Shown here in pieces: positions 1-11,446 of a stretch of 49,214 bases of DNA. Made by a program: the position numbers and the translations under genes. How positions within the stretch are numbered: the stretch's first letter is position 1; each line of letters opens with the position of its first letter. Origin of the DNA: Octopus bimaculoides (taxonomy: Eukaryota); contig NC_069007.1 of assembly GCF_001194135.2 (NCBI RefSeq), positions 20,988,270-21,037,483 on the forward strand, given 5' to 3'. The notes beneath the pieces were generated by a model that was not told the origin of the DNA, searched no databases, and saw only the letters and a program-made list of their open reading frames with translations.

Positions 1-61
1 ACCAAAACAAAAAAATTTTTTTTTTAATTTCGTCCAAATGGTTCCATAAAGACTTTTATTA

Positions 62-99
<38 letters not shown>

Positions 100-102
100 T
101 TT

Positions 103-556
103 AAGGTGACGAGCTGGTAGAATTGTTAGCACACCGGGCGAAATACTTAGTGGTATTTTATCTGCCTTTATGGTTTGGGTTCAAATGCTGCCAAGGTCGA
201 CTTTGCCTTTCATCCATTCGGGGGGGGGGGNNNNNNNNNNGGTCGATGTAATCGACTGCCCCCCCCACGCTCCCCCAAATTTCAGGCCTTGTGCCTATAG
301 TTGAAAGGATTATTATCATTATTATTATTATTATTATTATCATCTGTAGCAAGCTGGCAGAATCATTAGCACACCGGGCAAAATGCTTAGCGGCCTTTCA
401 TCTGCCTTTATGTTCTGAGTTCAAATTCTGCTGAGGTCAACTTTTCCTTTCTTCCTTTCAGGGTGGATAAAGTCAGTACCAGTTACACACTGGGGTCAAT
501 GTAATCGACTTAATCCCTTCCCCCGAATCTGAGGCCTTGTGCTTCCACTAGAAAGG

Positions 557-588
<32 letters not shown>

Positions 589-1090
589 GGCCGTGAGCTG
601 CTAGAATTGTTAGTATGTTTGACAAAATGCTAAGCAGTATTTCTTCTAGTTTTTTGTTCTGGGCTCAAATTCTGTGGAGGTGGTCTTTACCATTCATCCT
701 TTTGGGGGTCAGTAAAATAAATACCAGTCAAACATTGGGGTCAAGTGTTTTCTACTATAGTGCTGGGTTGACCCCCCCAGTGCTAAACTGGTATTTATTG
801 TATTGACGCTGAAAGGATAAAAGTGAACCTTAGTGATATTTGAACTCGGGACTTGAAGCTGAAAGAATTGTTGCTAAGCGTTTTATCCAGCGTGATTCTG
901 CCAGCTCACAGCCTTCTTAATAATAATAATAAAAATAAAAATAATAATAATCCTTTCTACTAAAGGCACAAGGCCTGAAACCTTAGGAAATGGAGCGCAG
1001 TACTCAACTGATACATATTTCATTGACTCTGATAGGATGAATGGCACAGTCTACCTTAGTGCCACTTAAAGTCAGAACATAAACCTGGAA
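103..1090. mobile_element. Cluster of about 5 tRNA-derived SINE copies (family A) separated by (TTA)n tracts; first three +, last two -
   Basis: Repeated head GGYGAGCTGGCAGAATCRTTAGCACACCGGGC ... GAGTTCAAATTC (A/B-box-like) plus a shared core GTCGACTTTGCCTTTCATCC, also present at 27835-28060 and 48000-48156. Confidence 0.8.
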
Positions 1091-1142
1091 AAAATGTTTA
1101 AGGACTTTTCATCTGGTATGTTAAAAATTCAACCAGCTTACC

Positions 1143-1174
<32 letters not shown>

Positions 1175-2535
1175 TCTCCCCTCCCATCCCACTATCTATT
1201 TTTCTTCCCCTCCACACCAAAAGAAAAGCAAAAAAAAAAANNNNNNNNNNNNNNNNNNNNNNNNNNNNNNNNNNNNNNNNNNNNNNNNNNNNNNNNNNNN
1301 NNNNNNNNNNNNNNNNNNNNNNNNNNNNNNNNNNNNNNNNNNNNNNNNNNNNNNNNNNNNNNNNNNNNNNNNNNNNNNNNNNNNNNNNNNNNNNNNNNNN
1401 NNNNNNNNNNNNNNNNNNNNNNNNNNNNNNNNNNNNNNNNNNNNNNNNNNNNNNNNNNNNNNNNNNCAAGACAGACAGACAGACTATCAAGAGATATTTG
1501 TAAATAGAATATTAAAGAAATAAAAACCTAATTTTTCTGTTTTTCTTTCTTTTTTTTGAGTTGAAGAATTGTTCTATATTTCGTTTTGTGTTTGATTTGA
1601 CCTTTTTTTTTATATCATCCTGTCTGAAATTGTTCTTGGTCCTGTGATACAAACTTCCTGTTTTAAAAGCGATCTACAGGGTGGTCGCTAGAAAAGCAGG
1701 AAAAATTTAAAGGCAAAACTAACGAGCATTAATTAGATCACTAATTAAACTGTGATAGGTGATTTGCTGATTCATTTCTCTCATCGATTACTGTGTCTGC
1801 AGCTCGTTATTAGCAGAGATACAGAGATATCGGTGCCATATAACCATCATTGATGAATTGAAAACATGCATGATAAAGGCTTGGAATACATCCTTATCCT
1901 TCGATTTACTCTTCGAAATTCCACATGAGTTTGCCCTAACCACTGGGCCATTGTGCTTCCACTATAGCTTTATTAAGCTATACGCAAACAAACTAGTGGA
2001 GACGAGAATGCATTTATCAAAGGTTTATTACTTTACGTACATCAGGGCTTAAGTCGCCAGTTATTTCTGTTTAGTTCACTCAAATTCGTTTCATACTCAC
2101 CTTTGACATTCCTTTGTTTTCCCTCTATCGGAAGTCCCTTTTTTTTGTTGCTAACCCGCAGCGAAGTTTCTGTCTACAGTTCGTCTGTCACGAATTCTGC
2201 CCTACAGTATCACTGTAAATCTGAGGGTGCACCATTGACTAGCGAGGGGGTAGTGCCCTAGCGACGGGGGTGTAACTGAACGGTACCCCCTTTGCCTGCT
2301 CAACAAATAATACACACCTATGGTCAGTTCTATAGCTTATAGTCATTGTATACCATATTCTTTACTTGGGGTACCGCAGCACTACTGGACGTTGACACGA
2401 TTAACAGAACAGCCAGTTCAAGAAACTAATCTGCAAGTGGCTGAGCACTCCACAGACACGCGTAGCCATAACGTAGTTCTCAGGGAATTTGGCGTGACAC
2501 AGAATGCGACAAGGATGACCCCTTTTGAAATATAG

Positions 2536-2692
2536 TTACAACACATTTTTGCCAGCTGAGTGGAGTGGAGCGATGGGAATGGGAAATAAGGTACGTTGCT
2601 CATGGACACAATGCGAAAGTGGGAATCGAACTCACAACCTTATGGTCGAGATCGATCCAAATACCCCTAGCCACTAAGCCACACGCCTTCAT
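2536..2692 (-). mobile_element. tRNA-derived SINE (family G), partial
   Basis: Same sequence family as 17340-17600 and 48425-48575 (GCCAGCTGAGTGG...GAATCGAACTCAC...CCACTAAGCCAC). Confidence 0.65.
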
Positions 2693-3972
2693 ACGAGCCA
2701 AGAGAAACTTCAAGGAACCCTATTCCAGAGACAGTGACCTTTAAAGGTTCCATTTTCCATTCCTAACGAAGACAAGAGTCCTCTCCCTGCATTATTCTCC
2801 GGAATACAAACGAGGTTCCTCCTCATGCCATTCTCACCTAGTTTGGGGTTAAATTTACTGGAAGGCTGTTTTCCCCTCTTTAACCTTGGTTTGATCTCTG
2901 AGTGGTGATGGTAGTGGTCGCTTAATAATGGGATTACTTCAATAGAAATTTATTCTTTCATGGGTTATGGCGTAAACGTTTAAAAGAGAACTAAGCTACG
3001 AAATTGTTCCATTCTCTCCATTTCGTCTTGCTCAGACTGCCTTATGGTCCCAGCAGACCAAATAGAAAAGGCAGTGCTCTGGAAAATGGCAAGGGAGACG
3101 TACTGGAACAACCACTCTGACCCACGGGGGCTTGTATTTGCGGATAGCGACGGGCAGGAATATGGTCCTGGGACCGAGAACGCCGGAGGTCTTTCACTAT
3201 CACGGGATCAACCGTAAACCTGTCAGAGAACGACCGATACTTCTTTGACAGTTTACTTTTCTCAGCCTGACGAGCAGGGGAGCCTGGGCTCAGAGCTGAC
3301 TACAGCAGGCGGCCGCGGGAGGAGGTGCCATAGTGATGGTACGTGAAGAAATCGATGAGTGACTTTTTAATAAACTTTTATCCTTCGCCTCTGTGCTGGC
3401 CGACATTTATAAGGATCACTTTTTTTATCACAATAACAAAATGACGTCACATAATGAAAAGCAATCTCCCTCCCTCTCTATCTGTCAAAGAAACGCAAAG
3501 TACAGGCACATACACACACACACACTTACGCACGCACACACATATATGTGCGCGCGCGTATATATCTACATACATATACATACACACACTCACGCGCGTG
3601 TGTGTATATGTGTGTTAAACACACTAACACACACACATGTGTATATATACACATTCCATTATTTTTTTCGCCTCCAAAAAAATTCTCGTCAGTGTACCTC
3701 TAAGAAGCGTATACCGTGAATACATGATTGACGGGGGAGAAAAAATAATAGGAGGTTCCCTGTGGTAAATATCAATAATGATAGTAATAATGATGATGAT
3801 GAATGCCGTCTAGCAAGAACAACAACAACGACATCAACAACAACAAATGAAGAAAAAGACAAGAAAATAAGCGGTCCGAATGACATTGTACACTATTCAA
3901 TGATTTCGTGTATATAAAACGAACCATCCTTTCGGTCAAAGGACATATTCATAAAGGTACACGCACACACAC

Positions 3973-4014
<42 letters not shown>

Positions 4015-4055
4015 GCTCACATCAGGCCGGAGTAGGACCCATAGAGGCCCTAAAC

Positions 4056-4360
4056 CGGGGCTGGCCAACTCGCAGACTTTTATCTTGCGGCCCGCTTGAT
4101 ACTTTGTGTTTAATTTCAAAATAAAATTGTTTGTGTAAAACATTTGTTTCGAAATGAATTTAAAATTTATAATTGGCAATAAAGCAATAATAGCCGACAA
4201 TTTTATAATTTTAAACAAACGGAAAACAATTTTTAAAATTCTTGATTCTGTAATTTGATTCTTTGGCTATTCGTGCATAAAGTATACAAGCAGCCCTCAA
4301 AAAAAACTTTCTTTAATTAAAGTGGTTCGCAATATAATTAATTCGAGTTGGCCAGGCCTG
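4056..4360. mobile_element. hAT-like MITE
   Basis: 17-bp imperfect terminal inverted repeats (CGGGGCTGGCCAACTCG and revcomp CAGGCCTGGCCAACTCG); 8-bp flanks ccctaaac/cccaaaaa match 6/8, consistent with a decayed TSD. Confidence 0.55.
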
Positions 4361-4869
4361 CCCAAAAATACGTAAAAGATGTTGGTGCCCCGATGAATAT
4401 GTAATTGAAATTATAAACAATAATAAACCATAAAATAATTTATTTTGCTAAATGAATGAAACGAAAGTAACAGTAAAAAAAAAATGCTTATTTTTGCATA
4501 CACCCACCTTATTTATATTTGAAAAGTTTTCTCTTACTGTCTTTTAATTGCAAAGTCTTTGATCAAATCCTCAAAATTAATCTGACGTAATACATCTGCT
4601 TCTGTCCTCGTTATTCCGAATATTACTTTAGCAAGTTTAAAGTTATTTCTTTTGAGCCGTAAACCGTTTACCATTTCTGTTCCACCCCCACCTTCCCATA
4701 ATGCCTTAAACATGTTCTTATTTTGCTTTATAAGTTAAACCAGCGCTGGTGTTTCCTCGTTGGGACATTCCGTCGCTATAACTCGACAAAATTTGACCTT
4801 TGACACTTCGGGTATTCCCGTGACAGTGGCTGAAATGGGAGAAGGAGGAGGAGGAGGAGGAGAAAGTAA

Positions 4870-5010
4870 TGGGCTGTGTGTGCGTGCTTGTTCTTGTCTG
4901 TGTGTGCATGCTTGTTCTTGTCTGTGCCTGTGTGTGTGCATGCTTGTTCTTGTCTGTGTATGTGTGTGCTTGCTCTTGTCTGTGTCTCTGTGTGTGCGTG
5001 CTTGTTCTTG
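4870..5010. repeat. Minisatellite (GTGTGCATGCTTGTTCTTGTCT-like, about 5 units)
   Basis: Direct tandem units visible; an inverted partial copy lies at about 5280-5330. Confidence 0.75.
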
Positions 5011-5339
5011 GCAGTGAAATCTTTCAAATCAATTTATCACTTTATAAGAAATACACTATAAATATACTATGACACTTTCTAAATAATTTTAATCATAGAT
5101 CCGTTCGACCAAGGTTGATCTTGGTCTAAACCATAATAAGCTTTGAGCTTAGCTAGAAAGTCAACAATTTCAAATATTACTCTTCCAAAACAAAGCTTTT
5201 TTTTCTTCAAGTTTAAAATGAGACATTACTGGTATAATTTTATTATATCTATATTCCACAACACATAAATACATGAAAACAGAACAGGTACACAGACAGA
5301 CACAGCCAAGAACAAGCACGCACGCACAACCCATCAGCT

Positions 5340-5465
5340 TTCTAATAAAATAAGTGCCAGGCTTAAATAAAGTTCTGGGGTCAATTCATTTGACTAAAAA
5401 ATTTTCAAGGCAGTGCCCCAGCATGACCTCAGTCTAATGACTAGAACAAATAGAAGATAAAACAG
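5340..5465 (+). mobile_element. 3' part of SINE family B/C
   Basis: CTGGGGTCAATTCATTTGACTAAA...GTGCCCCAGCATG, matching the tail at 13660-13835. Confidence 0.6.
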
Positions 5466-5954
5466 TTATTTTTTTCCCTATTTCAAGTCACTGTCAGAAA
5501 GCAGCGAAGCCTATGTTTCAAGGCAAATTTTCTATCATGGGGACACTGACTAAACATTTCACTTTCTGAATTTAAGAAATCCCCTGAATCAAGGAAACCC
5601 TTAGTCTCTTAACTCTGTGAATGAAGCAAAGTATGCATTGTCTGCTTCCATTGAGGTAAGGTCCAGGCTGTTCCCAGGGGTTTCCATTTAAGCCTGTATG
5701 GCATTTTCTCTTCTTTTAAATGCAATATATAGTTGGCCAAAGATGTTACGTTGCACCTCTCTGGGATCCTAAAAGGGGGCCTGTTGTTATTTAGTCGGAG
5801 CTTAAAAGTGTCTTCTGTTGCCCAAACATGTTTCCACCTCCATTAAGAAAGAGGTTATGTGTTTCAAGAGCAAAACAAAAGACTAGCAGCCAATGGCAGC
5901 TTTCTGACTAATCACAACCAATGACTACATGATATATATGCATATGCATGTATC

Positions 5955-6310
5955 ATCATCGTCATCATCGTCGTTTAACATCCACTTTCCATGCTAGCAT
6001 GGGTTGGACGATTTGACTGAGGACTGGTGAAACCAGATGGCTACACCAGGCTCCAATCTGATTTGGCAGAGTTTCTACAGCTGGATGCCCTTCCTAACGC
6101 CAACCACTCAGAGAGTGTAGAGGGTGCTTTTACGAGCCACCAGCATGAAGGCCAGTCAGGCGGTACTAGCAACGGCCACGCTCAAAATGGTGTATTTTAT
6201 GTGCCACCCGCACTAGAGCCAGTCCAGGGGCACTGGCAACGATCTCGCTCAAAAGTCCTTAGACATGCCGCGGGCACAAGTGCCAGAAAGGCGATGCTGG
6301 GCACATGTGC
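5955..6310 (-). mobile_element. RTE-associated LINE/SINE 3' end with (CAT)n tail
   Basis: GGATGCCCTTCCTAACGCCAACC motif plus CATCATC tail, shared with 32320-32540, 38891-39230, 40965-41090 and 47145-47300. Confidence 0.65.
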
Positions 6311-6511
6311 CATCACAATATATGTAAATATTTATTTAGGTGTCTCGGTGTGTATGAATATGTAAACAAATATCTTTATTTTTGCAGGTATATTGATAAA
6401 GCTATTGTGTGCCATTGGGAAACTTTGAAGAAAAATAGAAAATAGAAAAAAGGAAAAAATCCTGTTTGGGAATTATTTCAGAGGAACGCATCATAAAAGC
6501 TAAAAAAAAAA

Positions 6512-7594
6512 ATGTCTGAAAAGGAACCCAGTGAAGTGGTGGAATCAGAATCTGCCGAAAATCTAGAATCAGAAACTGTGGAGGGTCAGGGATTAAAGGT
6601 CACTGAAAGTGCAGAATCTGAATCGGAAAAAAATGCTGAAACGCAATCAGAAGAGAACTTTGATTTAGAGTTTGAAAAAATACTAGAAACGTTAGGAGAA
6701 GAAACAACCAAAACGGAAGAGGAAGCGAAACAAAAAGAGGAAATAAAGGCGAAACAAAAAGAAGGAATAAAGGCAAAACAAAAAGAAGGAATAAAGGCAA
6801 AACCGGGAGTGAAAACAGCAGCAAAACCAGAAGTGAAAACGGAAGCAAAGCAAAATGGGAAGACAAATGCCAAACCAAAAGCAGCAACAGAAGCAAAACT
6901 AGAAGCAGAAACGGAATCAAAATCCGAAATGGATTCAAAATCAGTTTCGGAAACGGAATCAAAGCCAGAAGTGGAAACAGAATCAAAGCCAGAAGTGGAA
7001 ATGGAATCAAAACCTGAAAAGGAACTCCAAAAAGACACAAAAGTCATATCTTCTAAACGTTATCTGTTAACCGGCATAAACCACCCATACTGTAATATTA
7101 TATACAACCGGAAGACTAATGATTGTCTCCAATACAATTATCCATCTCACTGTCACTTCCCTCACTCTCATCGCTTCAAATTCACCAACTGTCCGCACTA
7201 TAACAATTACCTGTGTTCCTGGTTGCCCCATAAATGCTTCCCTTGTTACAATGTTATATATGAACAGTTCTCCCACGATTGTCTCCCCTGTCATGATGTC
7301 CTACACAACCTTATCTCGCAATGCCGTCGCCCATGCCATGACCTATCCTCCTGCGATTACTCATGCTGCTACCACCACAACGCCCACCACCACCACCACC
7401 ACCACCACAACCCCTACAACCACTACCACCACCACAACCCCTACAACCACTACCACCACCACAACCCCTATAACCACTACCACCACCACAACCCCTACCA
7501 CCACTACCACCACCACAACCCCTACCACCACTACCACTACCAACACCGCCCGCATCAACATCACCAACATCACTGTTACTACCATCATTGGTAA
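6512..7594 (+). CDS. Uncharacterised low-complexity protein (360 aa): acidic N-terminus, K/E/A repeats, Cys/His/Tyr-rich C-terminus; alternatively a frameshifted acidic + Thr-rich mucin-like gene
   Basis: Long single ORF; in-frame TAA at 6494 upstream of the ATG; candidate acceptor tttgcag at 6381-6387; overlapping Thr-rich ORF at 7119-7625. Confidence 0.55.
   Translation: MSEKEPSEVVESESAENLESETVEGQGLKVTESAESESEKNAETQSEENFDLEFEKILETLGEETTKTEEEAKQKEEIKAKQKEGIKAKQKEGIKAKPGVKTAAKPEVKTEAKQNGKTNAKPKAATEAKLEAETESKSEMDSKSVSETESKPEVETESKPEVEMESKPEKELQKDTKVISSKRYLLTGINHPYCNIIYNRKTNDCLQYNYPSHCHFPHSHRFKFTNCPHYNNYLCSWLPHKCFPCYNVIYEQFSHDCLPCHDVLHNLISQCRRPCHDLSSCDYSCCYHHNAHHHHHHHHNPYNHYHHHNPYNHYHHHNPYNHYHHHNPYHHYHHHNPYHHYHYQHRPHQHHQHHCYYHHW
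7378..7540 (+). repeat. 27-bp coding tandem repeat (CACCACCACAACCCCTACAACCACTAC)n, about 5-6 units
   Basis: Reads HHHNPYNHY in one frame and TTTTPTTTT in another. Confidence 0.9.
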
Positions 7595-7862
7595 TAATCT
7601 TACAACCGGATGTCAAACAACTTGAAGCCAAATCCCCGACCATTTTTAACCGGAACCTATCCATCAACCAGTGACCATGCTACTTCCACCACAGGTTAAT
7701 ATCCCTTCAATAATACAAAGTATATGATATACAATATATACAAATATAAATATTTATCTTATACATATATTCAATAACAAGCAGTTGATAATGGTTTATG
7801 TATGTGTGTGTATAAACATATATATATATCAAAGATATACATTTACACACACACACAATATA

Positions 7863-9137
7863 CTAGCAGAAATACCTGGCATGGCCCGGGTTAAAGAGAA
7901 TAATGGAATTTAAATGGAATTTAAAAACACTGTCTAGATTACGCAAGTCTTGACTGCTAGTAGCTGAGAAACCAACTTTCTACATTAATAACTCTCTAAC
8001 CCATACCAGCATGTAACAAAGACATTAAGTGAAATGTTAAAAGAAAGTTTTCAACTCATATATGTATATAAAGTAAACACACGTAATTCAAAAACACGTT
8101 TTGTCTAGTTTATTTCGTAACCAAAAAAACAGGTCCAGATTATAGACAACGAAAGACTGATTTTGGTGATTCCTTTGACAGAGGTAGTAGAGAACCAATC
8201 CGATGATAAACCTGACCTTGGATCTTGAAAGTTTGCATGAATCCTGGCTCAGTTAAATCTCTTGTGACTCCAAATGATGTCATCTGTAGTGCAGCATTGT
8301 ATTGTCTAATTTTGTTTTGGAAGTGCTTGGAATCTCGGTCAGTTGATGACAACAGTTTCTCCAATGGCTCTGGAGGTTGGGGGATTGCAGGGAGTTTAAC
8401 CTTTGCACCACTGCAGCACAGTGCAGGTAGGTGTCTCTCCAGGCCACTTTCTTGCTTTACAATGTATGCACTCACTTGTCATTGCACCAATGGAAACTCT
8501 AGTGTCATCAGCATAATGAGCTGCTGGATCATAATTGAAAGCTTGTTTCATAGAAGTTGCTTCTCTGAGCTGTTGCAACTGCTCTTCGTTCTGCAGTCGA
8601 GATCCTATTCCTTGTCAACTGTGCGTACCACTGTTCATCACTTTGAGATGCTCTGGCTTTTGTAATGCACAGTCTGTTCATTTCTTGGCATGCTTCCCTT
8701 TCTGCAGCTGTTTCTCTTTCCCTGGACAGAGACATTCTTTTAGCTGACCGTAACATTGTAGACAAATTTGACACTTTCCTTCTAGCCATACGTATACAGA
8801 AATACACGGGTGCAGAAGATAGTAAACATTGAATATAACTGGGTAGCGGAAATTATATTTCTAAATACGATGGGCAGAGAGTAAATAAGAAATTTTCAGG
8901 GAAAATAAAGAATTGTATGGGCAAAGCGAAATTTGTCAGTGAACCCAAAACAGAAAAACACAAAACCTTTGCAAAAGTAAATAAGAAATTTTTAGGGAAA
9001 TTAACTAAGTGTATGGAACTACGTGAAATTTTTGAAGTTACTTCTGTCAGTAAATTATGAACTTGCTTTTATCAGTAATTCTATCAACAAAAAAAAAAAA
9101 AAGATATAGAGATAGAGATGGATAGAGATAGATAGGA
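7863..9137 (-). mobile_element. Internally deleted (non-autonomous) Helitron carrying an N-terminal RepHel fragment
   Basis: Minus strand ends CTAG followed by T at 7863, with an imperfect GC hairpin (ACCTGGCATGGCCCGGGT) about 10 nt inside; starts A|TC near 9137; frameshifted ORFs at 8140-8807 read CIHCKARKWPGE...CCSGAKVKLP...IRQYNAALQMTSFG...FKIQGQVYHRIGSLLP, typical of the Helitron RepHel N-terminus. Confidence 0.85.
8140..8807 (-). pseudogene. Helitron Rep/helicase N-terminal fragment, frameshifted and truncated
   Basis: Three overlapping minus-strand ORF pieces that join into a RepHel-like N-terminus; no Rep or helicase motifs follow. Confidence 0.85.
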
Positions 9138-9139
9138 TC

Positions 9140-9365
9140 CATGATGTGGATTCATCTGGTATCGCATAAAAATTTGTCCAGACGCTCTCTGAAGACCTCC
9201 ACTTCTACAACTTGCAGGCCTCTGAGGTTGTTTAGCGGAATGTTGAACAGTTGTGGACCCTTGAAGCCCAAGCTGTTACAGTACTGGATCCTTTCTCTAG
9301 ATGAGGAAGATGGGATCTTTGATGCTATGCAGTGCCGTCCAATTTGGTAGCTCCAGCGTTTGGAG
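9140..9365 (-). mobile_element. LINE ORF2 C-terminal relic (CR1/L2-group-like)
   Basis: Minus translation ...SLGFKGPQLFNIPLNNLRGLQVVEVEVFRERLDKFL resembles the C-terminus of CR1/L2-group ORF2. Confidence 0.55.
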
Positions 9366-9419
9366 CTGTGATGATAAATGTTTATTTACAGCCATCATGT
9401 GATGTCTAGATAAGGGCAT

Positions 9420-9715
9420 GCATACATATATGCACACACATGTAGCCTGTGTGTGTGAATATACATGAATGTTGATTTCCAGCAGTTTTGCTTGTCATTA
9501 CCTGAGCACAGGTGAAATGTTATATTCCTTGTTGACATGATGAGCAATCCCTCTGTAGTATTTTATGTGGCACTGGCACCTGTAATAGACAAGCCTTTAT
9601 GTAGGGATGATAGCGATTTTATTTAGATTGACCTGTCTTCTCAATTACAGCAAATCCCCAACTCCTGGTCCCTAGTCACGTCCTCAGTGAGGCCCAGTGT
9701 CCAAAGATCCTACAA
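9420..9715 (-). mobile_element. RTE-like LINE 3' relic
   Basis: Minus translation DLWTLGLTEDVTRDQ resembles the RTE ORF C-terminus. Confidence 0.45.
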
Positions 9716-9954
9716 TAAATTCATGTTAAGTTTCTTTCTCTTAATAAAAGGAACACATAGTGTAATCATATATTTTATTGAACTGTAGAATTTTAAGTAC
9801 AAACTATATAGAAATTTTATAATTGGATAAAAATGACATCTCTTGAATTTTTTATAATAAATTTAAAAAACTTTTTTTTTTAAATCTAAGGGAGGTAACT
9901 TGCATGCGAGTTACGTCCCTTCGGATTTTATTTATGTGTGACACATTTTGTACA

Positions 9955-9984
9955 AAAGTATACATATACATATATATATATTCA

Positions 9985-10030
<46 letters not shown>

Positions 10031-10115
10031 CATATATATATATACATANNNNNNNNNNNNNNNNNNNNNNNNNNNNNNNNNNNNNNNNNNNATACATACA
10101 TACATATATATATAT

Positions 10116-10150
<35 letters not shown>

Positions 10151-10151
10151 C

Positions 10152-10182
<31 letters not shown>

Positions 10183-10239
10183 CATACATACATACATATA
10201 TATATATACATACATACATACATATATATATATATATAC

Positions 10240-10272
<33 letters not shown>
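9955..10272. repeat. (TA)n/(TACA)n microsatellite with an assembly gap
   Basis: Direct inspection. Confidence 0.95.
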
Positions 10273-10273
<1 letters not shown>

Positions 10274-10454
10274 GAAACATTTAAATATTCTTAGATCATA
10301 GAAAAATTATCGAAGGCAGCTTGTAAAAGTCAGAATAAATTATACATATAAAATGTTTTGGAAGATTTCATCACATCGATAAATTTTGAAAAGGAGGCAC
10401 AAATATATAGATTATACACTCGTATACTGAGTATACGAGTGTATAATGAACTAT

Positions 10455-11432
10455 ATTAACCCTCTAGCATTCGGTTTACTTTGTCATATGTAATGCTTAT
10501 TTATTCACAATGCTTGGAGCTCTGAGATTTTAATGACATGATTCTATGTTTCTAGAATGATATTGTAGGGTAACCATAAGAGGTCACATCGGACCAGTTT
10601 AAACATAATACAGGTAGAATATTTTGGCCAGATATGGCCAGTTTGAATGCAACAGGGTTAAATTTGTTTTTCCTGCAAAATATAAGTAGAGATGTGTCTT
10701 ACATGAAAGTTCATCTTATATACAGGCAAATATGGCAATTGACTTGTTTTAATGAAATGAATTCAGTCTAGTTTTGTCTCTATTGATGGTTGAAGGCACT
10801 AAATGTGTAATATTTTTTAAATGGCAGAGCTAATCCACTGACCAGCACTTCAGGGCCTTTGTGTACCTTTAGTGGAGTCCACTTTGTTGCTAGTATTAAG
10901 ACCAGGTCTCAGAGCTGGCATTATCTCAAAAACCTTGAAAATATGTCATGGCCACAGCCCTAGTTATTCTAAAACATAAAAGTATTGAAATACAAATACA
11001 GAAAAATTTAACCCTTCAGTATTCAAATCACTCCATCAAATGTAATGCTTAGTTAATCCTATTATTTTGAATTAATCATGCTTTATCTCAGAGCTATGAC
11101 ATTTTGATGATGTAATTGTTTATTATTAGAATGACATTGTAGGGAAGGTGTGACAGGCCAGAACTGGCCAGTTTGAACATAAAATTGGCAGAGTATTTGG
11201 GCTGGAAACGGAGAGTTTTACCCTTTGGCATTCAGATTTCTGTCAATTCTTATTTATTCACATTATTTTGATTTAACCATGGATTATGCAGTAGTTTCAA
11301 TATTTCAATGATATGATTGCTTATTATTAGAATGACATTGTAGGACAAATGTGAAAGGCCAGATCAGGCCAGTTTGATCATAAATCAAGTAGAATATTTG
11401 GGCTGGACGTGATTGGTTTAAATGTTAAAGGG
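10455..11432. mobile_element. Three copies of a ~215-bp MITE (about 10455-10662, 11007-11220, 11217-11432)
   Basis: TIR TAACCCTTTAGCATT...AATGCTAAAGGGTTA variants and a shared body (GAATGACATTGTAGGG...GGCCAG); other copies at 27525-27750, 41095-41345 and 46915-47145. Confidence 0.75.
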
Positions 11433-11446
11433 TAGACCGGAACTTT

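Noticed and set aside
1619-3370. GC-richer, CpG-containing segment with a possible LTR/PBS-like junction (minus strand ...GTCA-A-TGGTGCA near 2235) and a minus-strand donor at 2100
   Set aside because: No second LTR, no recognisable gag/pol translation, and only a 7-nt PBS-like match; cannot be classified without a search.
3393-5072. Several 60-110 aa ORFs rich in H/T/Y/I/C/V
   Set aside because: Translations of (CA)n, (TA)n and minisatellite tracts. The same applies to similar ORFs at 9852-10301, 35118-36163 and 42515-43074.
6019-6045. CTGAGGA...GAAA hammerhead-like match within the RTE-associated repeat
   Set aside because: No room for helix II and no helix I; chance match. CTGAAGA at about 24171 and 29633 was rejected for the same reason.
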